Below are positions 25,801-36,599 of a stretch of 64,000 nt of DNA, piece by piece. Numbering within the stretch: the stretch's first letter is position 1; each line of letters starts with the position of its first letter. Both the position numbers and the translations under genes were made by a program. Origin of the DNA: Eledone cirrhosa (lineage: Eukaryota). Location of the stretch: assembly GCA_964016885.1 (NCBI GenBank), contig OZ024742.1, positions 135,284,001-135,348,000 on the forward strand, given 5' to 3'. The notes beneath the pieces were generated by a model. It saw only the letters and a list, made by a program, of their open reading frames with translations. It searched no databases and was not told the origin of the DNA.

Positions 25801-26789
25801 TGAACAACTGCTGATGTTTCAGGAAATCTCGATATAATAAATAGGATTTAGCCTCTGGTCTAATGATACTGCCACTTTATTGCAAAGATAATATAAATTG
25901 ATACGAATTTCGATCCCTTGGAACTAAACAAGAGAGTATTAAAATCAACAAATGCGTTATGTATTGATCCGTTATATATACGCTTTAACGCTTAGGAATA
26001 CCAACTTCTTCCAATCACATTAGAAAAATACATACAAATAGATTATAATGTAATCACGTATATTAATAAGCATTTTAATCATAGGTCCGCTTGGTTTTGC
26101 GTGTAGTGGAGTTTTATCAACTACATTTGTCTCCTAAGCCTATGGGTGTGCATTATGTAGATTCCATAATAAGGTTCAGTGTGGGCAAGGATATTGTTGT
26201 GGAAGATCAATAGTCACCCTTCAAGTTTCTCGCCTATACACCGCCGATGTTGTTCAAGATAAAGGCGAGGCCTGTACAGTCAACATTAGAATGACAAGAT
26301 ACGAAAGAAATCGAGCAAAATATCACGTCCGAATGAAAGGCAATGTTTGGTTTGGCATTTTATGCAACTCACTAAAGATGTATCGCATTCTCTGCCATTG
26401 TGGGACTAGTTAACCATGAGCCAAAAATAGCAACATCGACGATGATGATGGTGGCGGCTGCGCCGATGGCAAGCGATCTCTAAAGTAAAGACATGCTAGG
26501 AGTTACGGTAAATTATTTAGTCCGGATTTCCATGTTCAAGTGTGGCAGCTAGAACCTGCCCCTCTATATTACTGTTGATTCGTTGTTTGTCCGTGTTCAA
26601 GACATTCATTGGATTCCTCGTCCAGACCCTAAATTAAAAGTAAAAAATAAAAATTACAAAACTAAAAATAAAATGAAAAAAAGGACAACAAAAGACTGGA
26701 AATGCCAAAAGTTTCCTTTAATTGGAACTGACAGTTGGTTGGAGACACTTGTCAGGTGTTGGGGATGAGGATCGAGAATTGTAGAATTA

Positions 26790-26900
26790 GTGTTGGTGGT
26801 AGTTCTTGTAGAAGGATGGGTGATGGTGTTGGTGGTGCTTCTTGTAGAAGGATGGGTGATGGTGTTGGTGGTGCTTCTTGTAGAAGGATGGGTGATGGGG
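26790..26900. repeat. 36-bp minisatellite, 3 copies
   Basis: Unit gtgttggtggtgcttcttgtagaaggatgggtgatg x3. It explains the repetitive ORFs (THPSTRSTTNTI and similar). Confidence 0.95.
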
Positions 26901-27108
26901 TTGCTGGTAATGGTGATGCTATTGATGTTCACGGTATTGGTGCTAATATGGGTGAGATATCTTGGAGATGGTAAATGGGAAGGGTGTGGGGTAGTGTAGG
27001 AGAGTGGTTGGTGATTATATTAATATTTTATTATTATTATTGTTGAAGTTGTTATTGTTGTTCTTGTTGTTGGGGTGGTGTTGGTGGTGGTGGTAATGGT
27101 ATATGATG

Positions 27109-27270
27109 GTGGATTAGCAGAATAATTAGAGTACCCAACAAAGAGAGCTGCTCTCTTTTTCTTCCGACTCATGTCCTGGGTTCAAATCCCATCGAAGTAA
27201 AGACTCCCTTTGATCCTTCCGGGTTATCTAATATAATGTACTAATCAATTACTGGGATCGATGTAATCGC
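27109..27270 (+). mobile_element. Old, diverged tRNA-derived SINE (same superfamily as the 38709/58718 copies)
   Basis: B-box gggttcaaatccc followed by ccctttgatccttccggg...aatgtactaatcaattactgggatcgatgtaatcg. Confidence 0.7.
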
Positions 27271-27478
27271 CTTTTCTCGCCCCATAAGCCACGTCTTTTC
27301 TTTACTGATAACAGAAGCGTTGTTGTTGTCATTGATCGTGTGTGTGTGGATTGCTGGTTAATGGTGGAAATACTGGCTGTGACATATTTCCTGTCGTTTT
27401 GAGGTTTGACCTAAGTTAGACATTGATCGAGGTGAACTTTTAACAAAGTGGTTGCGGCGACAGTGGTTTCAGAGACAA

Positions 27479-27479
27479 C

Positions 27480-27542
<63 letters not shown>

Positions 27543-27595
27543 GGTGGTGGTGGTGGTGGTGGTGGTGGTGGTGGTGATGGTAGTAGTAGTAGTAA

Positions 27596-27629
<34 letters not shown>

Positions 27630-27730
27630 GGTGGTGGTGGTGGTGGTGGTGGGGTTGATGGTAGTAGTAGTAGTAGTAGTAATAGTGGTGGTGGTGGTGG
27701 TTGTGGTGGTGGTGGTGGTAGTGGTAGTAA

Positions 27731-27773
<43 letters not shown>

Positions 27774-27787
27774 TGTTGTTGTTGTTT
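27479..27787. repeat. Compound trinucleotide microsatellite (GTA)n/(GTG)n/(GTT)n
   Basis: Read directly from the sequence; source of the poly-V/L/Y/H ORFs. Confidence 0.98.
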
Positions 27788-28171
27788 GATGGTAGAGATA
27801 GAAAATGCGAAAAAAGGATGATGCAGCAAATGAGAAGATTGGAAGTGGTGGTGGGGGAGAAAATAATTAGGGTTTCAGAAGAAGAAGAAGAGGAATATAC
27901 CAATCAACAGAACTACAATCATGATTACAATGAGAATTAAAAAAATATAATATTTATATATAAGTATGTATACGTACATACATATATGTATACATATGTA
28001 CAGTAGTATGTATATATATATACATACATGCACACATATATATATATATGTACGTATGGATTCACCGAACATTTATTATAGTGCTCGGTGTGTTTGTAAA
28101 CAAACATCCCGAATTAAGCCGTACAGTGTCTAGCAACCATCGTTGCTCATTTGTTCAACACTGACAAAATA

Positions 28172-28214
28172 ACGCTGTACTAGTTTCAAGCTTATTAGCT
28201 ATCCTCAGCAACGT
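28172..28214 (-). ncRNA. Type I minimal hammerhead ribozyme (element A, copy 1)
   Basis: Minus strand: acgttg-CUGAGGA-u-agcu-aaua-agcu-u-GAAA-cuag-UA^cagcgu. Stem I is 6 bp (one GU), stem II is 4 bp, stem III is the palindrome ACUAGU, and the cleavage triplet is GUA. Confidence 0.88.
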
Positions 28215-28588
28215 ATACCTTCCTGCCAGATTGTTGAACGTATATACTTTCCTTATGCATATTAAAGGCTGAGCAGCCTAATTTGCATATCGAGTGAGTT
28301 AATCGGCCGGAGTACCGAAAACGATAAACGGAAAAAAAGAAACGAAATTTCATTTCTCACACTTAGTACGGCTGTTACTTAAATATAAGTAGGTATACAT
28401 ACATATATGTATACAGACGTACAGTAGTATGTATATATATATACGTACATGCACACATATATATATGTACGTATGGATTTACCGAACATTTATTATAATG
28501 CTCGATGTGTTTGTAAACAAACATCCCGAATTAAGCCGTACAGTGTCTAGCAACCATCGTTGCTCATATGTTCCACACTGACAAAGAA

Positions 28589-28631
28589 ACGATGTACTAG
28601 TTTCAAGCTTATTAGCTATCGTCAGCAACGT
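28589..28631 (-). ncRNA. Type I minimal hammerhead ribozyme (element A, copy 2)
   Basis: acgttg-CUGACGA-uagcuaauaagcuu-GAAA-cuag-UA^caucgu. The only core change versus copy 1 is at the free N7 position; one stem I mismatch. Confidence 0.85.
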
Positions 28632-28777
28632 ATACCTTCCTGCCAGATTATTGAATTCTGTATATACTTTCCTTATGCATATTAACAGTATATACTTTCC
28701 TTATGCATATCAACAGCCGTTAATATGCATAAGGAAAGTATATACTTTCAGAGTTCAATCATCTGGCAGGAAGGTAT

Positions 28778-28819
28778 ACGTGATAACGATAGCTAATAAG
28801 CTTGAAACTAGTACAGCGT
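28778..28819 (+). ncRNA. Degenerate hammerhead (element A, inverted copy)
   Basis: acgtg-ATAACGA-tagctaataagctt-GAAA-ctag-TA-cagcgt. The CUGA box is mutated, so it is predicted inactive. Confidence 0.6.
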
Positions 28820-29585
28820 TCCTTTGTCAGTGTTGAACAAATGAGCAACGATGGTTGCTAGACACTGTACGGCTTAATTCGGGATGTTTGTTTAGAAACA
28901 CACCGAGCATTATAATAAATGTTCGGTGAATCCATACATACATATATATATATATATATGTGCATGTATGTATATATATATACATACTACTGTACGTCTG
29001 TATACATATATGTATGTATACCTACTTATATTTAAGTAACAGCCGTACTAAGTGTGAGAAATGATGTTTCGTTTCATTTTTTCCGTTTATAATATTTATA
29101 GTAAAATGATAAAAAAAATAAACATATCTAAAACAAAAAGGGAGCCACAAAGAATTTTATATGGAATCGATAATGCTATGTTTTGGGGGGTTTTTTCTCT
29201 CTAAGGAGGAAAAAATGCATTCAATAATCTCTCTACTAAAATCTCATTCTTATTCCTCTCAGAAAATCAAATTATCATTTTTCTAAAGAGTATGCTTGTG
29301 TATGTCCAAAGTTTATCTCACGGCCAGATCCAAACCGCAATTGGCCTGAGTGTGATTTCTACAAAATGTATGAATTGCATCGAATTTAGACAATATTTTT
29401 AATTTTATAGAGTTAAACTCCTTCTCTTTCTCTCTCTCTCTCTCTCTCCCTATATATATATATATAAATGAAGTAATTCCGTCGGAAAGGTCCAGGAAAA
29501 AAGAGTGCTCTATGTGGGTTACAGAGCTTATTAGTTATGTAATAAACAACATAAGATAATTGAATACCCCTTCCACTTTTTTGTC

Positions 29586-30087
<502 letters not shown>

Positions 30088-30354
30088 AATATTATTCAAA
30101 ATATAAAAAAATGAAAAATATACTCATAATCAAAATATATATTTTATTATACATATTTCAAAGGTACTTAAGTACGTTTGTTTTTAATTACGTTTTCATG
30201 AGACAAAATATATGATTTGATATGTGACATACCGCTACGGTTTTGATTATTCAATTCCAGTATTGCCAATACTGTACCTTTGAAATATATATAATAAAAA
30301 TATATATTTTGATTATGAGAATATTCTTCATTTGTTTACATTTTGAGTAATATT
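30088..30354. repeat. Fold-back element: ~80-bp inverted arms, ~105-bp spacer
   Basis: aatattattcaaaat...atttcaaaggtac (30088-30168) pairs with gtacctttgaaat...ttttgagtaatatt (30273-30354). Confidence 0.9.
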
Positions 30355-30445
30355 AAAAACTCCAGGAAAAATCTCTTGTTGCGTGCTTCTAATATATTGT
30401 AATATTGTTTTCGTTGAGTAATTAACGAACCATACTAATCATTGG

Positions 30446-30663
<218 letters not shown>

Positions 30664-30927
30664 ATATCAAGATAAATTAACGGAGCCATAGACTCTTGTT
30701 CTTCCCTGTAAATTATGTGCTCAACGGAAAAGGAATCCTGAGCTCTTTAAATACAATATGTAGAAAGGTTATCACACTAGAGAGAGATAGAGAGAGAGAG
30801 AGTCTGTCATCAATAAAACAAGGAAACCACCAGTGTATGGAATCTATAACCTATGGAAAGCAGGGTAGACACTCAATAATTAAAATATATATTAAAATGC
30901 GCATATCCACCTCTATATCAATATAAC

Positions 30928-31010
30928 ACAAACGTACAAATCCAAAGAGATCTGTTTCGCCAAGACATTATTGACTGAAATAGAAGCGCCTATGGTTCAT
31001 CAGCGTGTGT
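30928..31010 (-). ncRNA. Type I hammerhead ribozyme with extended stems II and III (element B, copy 1)
   Basis: acacacg-CUGAUGA-acca(u)aggcg...ugucuuggc-GAAA-cagaucu-cuuu-ggauuug-UA^cguuugu. Stem III is fully paired (with GU pairs), stem I is 6/7, and the triplet is GUA. Confidence 0.88.
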
Positions 31011-31472
31011 AAGACAAATAGATTCCAGACACATCTAAGTAAATATAAGATAACCGTCCCTGCAACACGGGCAGAGAGATGTGACAGCGTGCATAGGACA
31101 GTGAACCAGTGGTATCTGAGGGACGAGCTGCTATAAATGGCTGCCCAAAAACCACTCAGAGAGATGTGCTCAACCAAACAGAGCGAGAGGAAAGACTGTT
31201 ATCAGGAGCGAAATATCAAGATAAATTAACGGAGCCATAGAATCTCGTTATTCCCTGTAAATTATGTGCTCAAAGGAAAAGGAATCCTGCGCTCTTTAAA
31301 ATACAAAATGTAGAAAGGGAAACGCACTAGAGAGAGAGAGAGATAGCGTGCCATCAATAAAACAAGGAAACCACCAGTGTATGGAATCTATAACCTATCG
31401 ATGGCAGGATAGACACTCAATAATTAAAAATATATATTAAAATGCGCATACGCACCTCTATAACTATATAAC

Positions 31473-31555
31473 ACACACGTACACATCCAAAGAGATCTGT
31501 TTCGCCAAGAAATTATTGACTGAAATGGAAGCGCCTATGGTTCATCAGCGTGTGT
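31473..31555 (-). ncRNA. Type I hammerhead ribozyme (element B, copy 2)
   Basis: acacacg-CUGAUGA-accauagg...uucuuggc-GAAA-cagaucucuuuggaugug-UA^cgugugu. Perfect 7-bp stem I and one stem III mismatch. Confidence 0.88.
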
Positions 31556-31820
31556 AAGACAAATGCATTCCAGACAACTCTAATAACATATAAGATAACC
31601 ATCCTGCAACACGACGCGGCAGAGAAAGGCAGCCCAAACCACTCAGGCTTTCCTCTCTCTCTGTTTGGTTGAGCACCTCTCTCTGAGTGGTTTTGGGCTG
31701 CCATTTCTAGCAGCTCGTCCCTCAGATACCACTGGTTCACTGTCCTATGCACACTGTCACATCTCTCTGTCGCGTGTTGCAGGACGGTTATCTTATATTT
31801 TATTGGAATGCATTTGTCTT

Positions 31821-31903
31821 ACACACGCTGCTGAAACATAGGCGCTTCCATTTCAGTCAATAATTTCTTGGGGAAACAGATCTCTTTGGATTTGTACGTG
31901 TGA
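31821..31903 (+). ncRNA. Degenerate hammerhead (element B, inverted copy)
   Basis: acacacg-CTGCTGA-aacatagg...ttggg-GAAA-cagatctctttggatttg-TA-cgtgtg. Core A6 is mutated to C and the base of stem II is disrupted. Confidence 0.65.
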
Positions 31904-32104
31904 GTTATATAGTTATAGGTGCGTATGCGCATTTTAATTTATATTTTTAATTATTGAGTGTCTACCCTGCCATCGATAGGTTATAGATTCCATACATTGG
32001 TGGTTTCCTTGTTTTATTGATGGCACACGATCTCTGTCTATAGTGTGTTACCCTTTCTACATATTGTATTTTATATATATATATATTTTTTTTTTTCAGG
32101 TCTA

Positions 32105-32138
<34 letters not shown>

Positions 32139-32142
<4 letters not shown>

Positions 32143-32582
32143 CCTGAACAAATGCGCAAGCTCAAAAGAGCTACAGAATGTTATAATAAACCTTCAAAAG
32201 TGTGGGACTAGAGTTGTTGGTAAAAAATATTCTAATCATTATCTATCGTACACTCTCTGGCATCCTTTTATAAAAAAGAAACTCCATAACGAACTCAAGA
32301 CGACACGATAATTATTTAAGCTAATGTTCAATATCTCATATTAGATGTTTAGTAATGATTAATACGAAATGCACTGAAACCGAATTCTATATTATAAATT
32401 CACTTAAATATTTATCGTGTCGTCTTGAGTTCGTTATGTGTCTCTTTTTTATAAAAGGGTGCCACAGAGTGTACGATAGATAATGATTACACTATTTTTG
32501 AGCAACAACTCTAGTCCCACACTTTTGAAGGTTTATTATAACATTCTGTGGCTCTTTTGAGTGTGCACCTTTTTCAGGTCTA
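32139..32582. repeat. Fold-back element: ~180-bp inverted arms, ~80-bp spacer
   Basis: tagacctgaa...cgacacgataattatttaag (32139-32320) pairs with cttaaatatttatcgtgtcg...ttcaggtcta (32403-32582). It adjoins a (TA)n tract. Confidence 0.93.
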
Positions 32583-33021
32583 GTTTAATATTTTTTTAAG
32601 GCAACGCTTGTAATAACTCTATTTAAACATGATATATTTTAATAATAAATTATCGTTATAATGTAATTATTTTATATAATTGTTATTTTATAAATGATCT
32701 TATAAATATTATTGTAAGATGGATAAAAAATATTTTCAGACATTTAATATAAACGACTACAAAAAACAATCAATAATAAATAAATATATTTTACATAATA
32801 ATTGTTATAGTTGAATTAATACAAATTAAATATTACATACAAATAGTCTAACATATAATAATAAATAAATAATCTAACATAATAATAATAAAATAATCTA
32901 ACATAAAACGAACAATAATATGCACAAATATGATACAACCAATATTCTAAGCATGTTATAACGAACTGAAAAAAAAATAGTTAATATAAGTTTAAAAAAT
33001 CATATGTAAATTAACAATATA

Positions 33022-33194
33022 ACTTACCAAAACGGGGAAAAATATTTTGATGATAAAACGACGAAATACAAGAGGAAGATTCGAAAGCGAAACGATAAAT
33101 AAACGTGCAAACAAAATGGCGGATGCTTTTGAGCAACAATTACTCTCGTTGGTTGATTAGCCAATAAGACGATGAAATTAGCCAATAAGACGAT
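33022..33194 (-). promoter_or_regulatory. Candidate Pol II promoter plus short non-coding first exon and splice donor
   Basis: Tandem attagCCAATaagacgat at 33156 and 33177 (21-bp period), YY1-type AAAATGGCGG at 33113-33122, local CpG enrichment, and a minus-strand donor TTG|GTAAGT at 33028/33027. Confidence 0.55.
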
Positions 33195-33619
33195 ACATTA
33201 CAAAACATGTTTGGAAGGAATCGCCACGGGCAGCGACACCCCCTTGAATCTTTTATTCACAAGCTACGCATATATGTCAGACACGCAGACATAAAACATT
33301 CTGTTGTTAGTCACTGTGTGTCTAACAGATATATCACCCTGATGATGAGTTGGGGGCAGCACAGATTGCTTAACATTTATGCATTCCTCTGCATATAACA
33401 CATTTAATAAGTATTGTAGGCGGAAGATTAAAATGAAACGAAATTCTGTCCAAGAGATCGATCAGTGTCACCAATACCTGAACACTGCCATAAAACTTAC
33501 TAACTAACTAATTGTGTCCGCTTTGTGATGTAACCTGCAACCAATCAATTGAACACTTGTTATCTCATTAATCGTGTGACTATGGCCGGTGGTCACTAAT
33601 ATAAACTCGGTGACTTTCG

Positions 33620-33705
<86 letters not shown>

Positions 33706-34332
33706 ATATTAGCGTTGTGACTGAAACTGTGTGGTTCATTAAATTACTGAACTGGCTGTGGATTGATTACAGCTTAAAATACCTGCAGCGAGACGTGTGT
33801 TTAATATACATAAACATTGTATATGCTTCCATATATACATATATAAATGTGCGTATGAGGCTGAGTGGCTGTGTGTGTATGTCTGTATATTATTTATTAC
33901 ATTTGAACTAGACCACCAGTTAAAAGCTATTCAGCAGAACGTTTAATTTTGTAGTGATGATCTTAGCTCATTTACTTAGTTAATTATGTTAATAACAGTA
34001 AAAAAAATACGGTTATACAGTTGATTACTCCGAGTTTCAAATCCAAGTTTATCAAATATTTGGCTGTATATATGAGACTTAGAAAAACAATTATTAAATA
34101 ATATTATGTATAAATATGTCCCATTTATGAAGGGTTTATTCGTAAGCAAATTATAGAGGGAAATTATTGAATGGACAGAGGGAAAATCTGAGACAAATGA
34201 GGTAGCGAAGTAAATATAAATTTAGGGACAGACACACATAGAGAGGGAGTGGATAATAGAAGAGGGGGGTGAGAGTGTGGTGTATATTGAAAAGAAATCT
34301 ATAGCCAACGAAATTTGAAAGAGTGAAATATA

Positions 34333-35234
34333 CAGAGATGTGCCAGAAAATTTCCAGGACTGATGTCACAAAAGATTTATTTCAAACCCAAACTTCGCAC
34401 TAAGAGTTATCCCTTCAAAGTAATCCACCTGGAGTCTAATGCACTTTTCCATCCTTTTCTGCCACGCTTGCATGCACTTCTGGAAGGATTCTTCTGGGAT
34501 CCTCCGCAGTTCCGTCGTCACGGCCTTTTTGATGTCGTCCACGTCTTCAAAACGGGTCCCCCTCCGAGTCGTACTCGAAGATCTATGACTCATCACCGAA
34601 CATGACTCTCCCTAGCAAGTCTGGTTCGGTTTCAAGACGCTCGAGGATGTCCTGGAACACTTGCATGCGTTGACCCCTTCTGGTCATCGTTCAGCAGTTT
34701 TGGCACCATCTTCGCGCAAACTTTCCGCATGTCCAAATCTTCAGAGAGAATCTTCCAGACGCTGTCCCGATTCATGCCCAGCTCATTTGCCATCAGTCGA
34801 ACAGTCATCCGACGATCGATACGCACCATCTGCCTGACGCGCTCAGCGTTGACCTCAGTCCTGGTTGTTAAGGGCCTTCCGCTCCTGGCGTCATCTTCCA
34901 CGACCTCGCGTCCTTCTTTAAATCTCTTGCACACCGCTCAAAAACACGTGGGCGTGAAATCGTTTCATCTCCATACACTTGCTGCAGCACAATCCCAGTG
35001 CATCTAACGGAGTTTTCAAGTTTGTTCTTTGCTCTGTGCTCATTGCTTGACGACCTGAAACAGAGGAAATGTATATAAAATTATGAAGAAAGAAGTTTGA
35101 TCGCTGCAGAGGGCTATGATTACAGCTGCATACTCCAGGGGGATTACTTTGAAGGAGAAAACTCTTAGTGTGAAGTTTGGGTTTGAAATAAATCTTTTGT
35201 GACATCAGTGCTGGAATTTTTCTGACACACCTCG
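34333..35234 (-). mobile_element. Tc1/mariner DNA transposon, internally deleted, ~103-bp TIRs, TA target-site duplication
   Basis: TIRs at 34333-34435 and 35132-35234, TA at 34331-32 and 35235-36, with transposase remnants inside. Confidence 0.95.
34366..35043 (-). pseudogene. Mariner transposase pseudogene (HTH region and C-terminus; catalytic DD34D core deleted)
   Basis: MSTEQRTNLK...KRFKEGREVVEDDARSGRP...DRRMTVRLMANELG...KVCAKMVPKLL (WVPHEL-equivalent) jumps to RGTRFEDVDDIKKAV...KRMEKCIRLQVDYFEG. Frameshifted. Confidence 0.92.
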
Positions 35235-35448
35235 TATATTAAAACAGACAGAAAAATAAGAAAAGAGGAATAGAAAAATTAAATAATGAAACAACGGTAA
35301 GTATGATATTTTACTTCACTATCTGTAAAATAATTCATAAATACATTTTTTTATAATCATAAGGGAATTTATATTTATAAAGGAAATGGAAAAGGAGTAA
35401 AGGTATAAAGTGTTGAATTGAAACAAAAAGAGGTATAGGGATAGATAA

Positions 35449-35482
<34 letters not shown>

Positions 35483-35887
35483 TGTGTGTGTGTGTGTGTG
35501 TATGTGTGTGTGCGCGCATGTGTGTCCGTGTGTGTGTATCGGTGTCTATCGGGGGTAACCACATTAAGTAAGGTACTCAATATAGCGTCTCCCTTGCCTT
35601 CTCTATTCTGTCCACCGGGGCTGTGGGAAGACAAGCCGATTATATTATAAATTCTTTTGAATAGTCTTAAATACTTCAATACATTGAGGAGGAGTGTTTC
35701 CTATGTAACGGTTTTTGAGACTAGTAGTTAGTTAGATACTAGAATGGTTTCTTTTACAAAAGGGATTTTCTCATTTCCAAGAAAATACGTACATACACCC
35801 ACTCACACATAGTAGAATATATACAATGTTTAATATTGAAATGAATTCTATAGGAGTAGATCTGTTTCACATCATAAAAGCCTTTCC

Positions 35888-36034
<147 letters not shown>

Positions 36035-36599
36035 TTGTAACCCGGGAAATTAATAAATTGTCATATGGGATTGGTTTCGGAGACAAGGTGTATTCTGATA
36101 GAGTATAGGTTTTCTGCTTGTCAACAGAAAGCATCACTCGAAATACCATTCAAATGAATGGTCACTCGAACAATAGACGGTACATCAGATCTACTATATT
36201 TAAACACTGTCTAGCTAAGTGTATATTCTTTACCATTTTACTTAGAGATATATTTAACCCTATTTCTATAAAGACGGGGAAATCTAATTTATGCAGATGA
36301 ACTTAGAATAATACCGAAACCTATCCAGAATTGACTCACATCCTTTCCGAATATATGAAATTAATGATAAACCATTTTTTTAGATTGCTTTCTAATGCTC
36401 ACTACATTAAACTTGTTCCAAAATTGTTTGCCTGCAATGGATATCACATTTGCAGTGAAATTTTATGGTCGTTAAAAATCCTCAATAATTGACTGACACA
36501 TAATTAATCAGCCATAATATAATGAAACAATCTCATCCTGAGCAGAATAAAAACTCATCAATTTAAGTGAGAAATGTCTATGCTACAAGGTATTTAATT

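Larger units (their letters stand above)
27958..29090 (-). mobile_element. Element A: non-coding hammerhead-bearing element (PLE pLTR/retrozyme-like), two direct copies plus one inverted copy
   Basis: Copy1 ~27958-28265 and copy2 ~28324-28714 are direct repeats (417-bp offset at the ribozyme). Copy3 28719-29090 is the reverse complement of copy2. A hammerhead motif lies in each copy. The element is bracketed by tataatatttata at 27946-27958 and 29088-29100. Confidence 0.85.
30664..32073 (-). mobile_element. Element B: non-coding hammerhead-bearing element (PLE pLTR/retrozyme-like), tandem direct copies plus one inverted copy, inserted in (TA)n
   Basis: Copy1 30664-31212 and copy2 31213-31646 both start atatcaagataaattaacggagcc; copy2 has an internal deletion. 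Copy3 31648-32073 is the reverse complement. (TA)n lies on both sides. Confidence 0.88.

Noticed and set aside
27440-27903. Homopolymeric ORFs (poly-V/L/Y/H), and the YI/CV/ER/HT ORFs elsewhere
   Set aside because: These are translations of microsatellites.
33117-33160. Plus-strand start AAAATGGCGG in a good Kozak-like context (MADAFEQQLLSLVD*)
   Set aside because: It stops after 14 codons with no donor site; better explained as a YY1-type motif.
33339-33360. CTGATGA motif (also at 35887, 42783 and 57162)
   Set aside because: No correctly placed GAAA/UH or flanking stems, so these are not hammerheads.
35550-35740. Short unique insert beside a microsatellite with a faint minus-strand TTGAAG...CAAAAG pattern
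   Set aside because: Too degenerate to call a hammerhead or an element.
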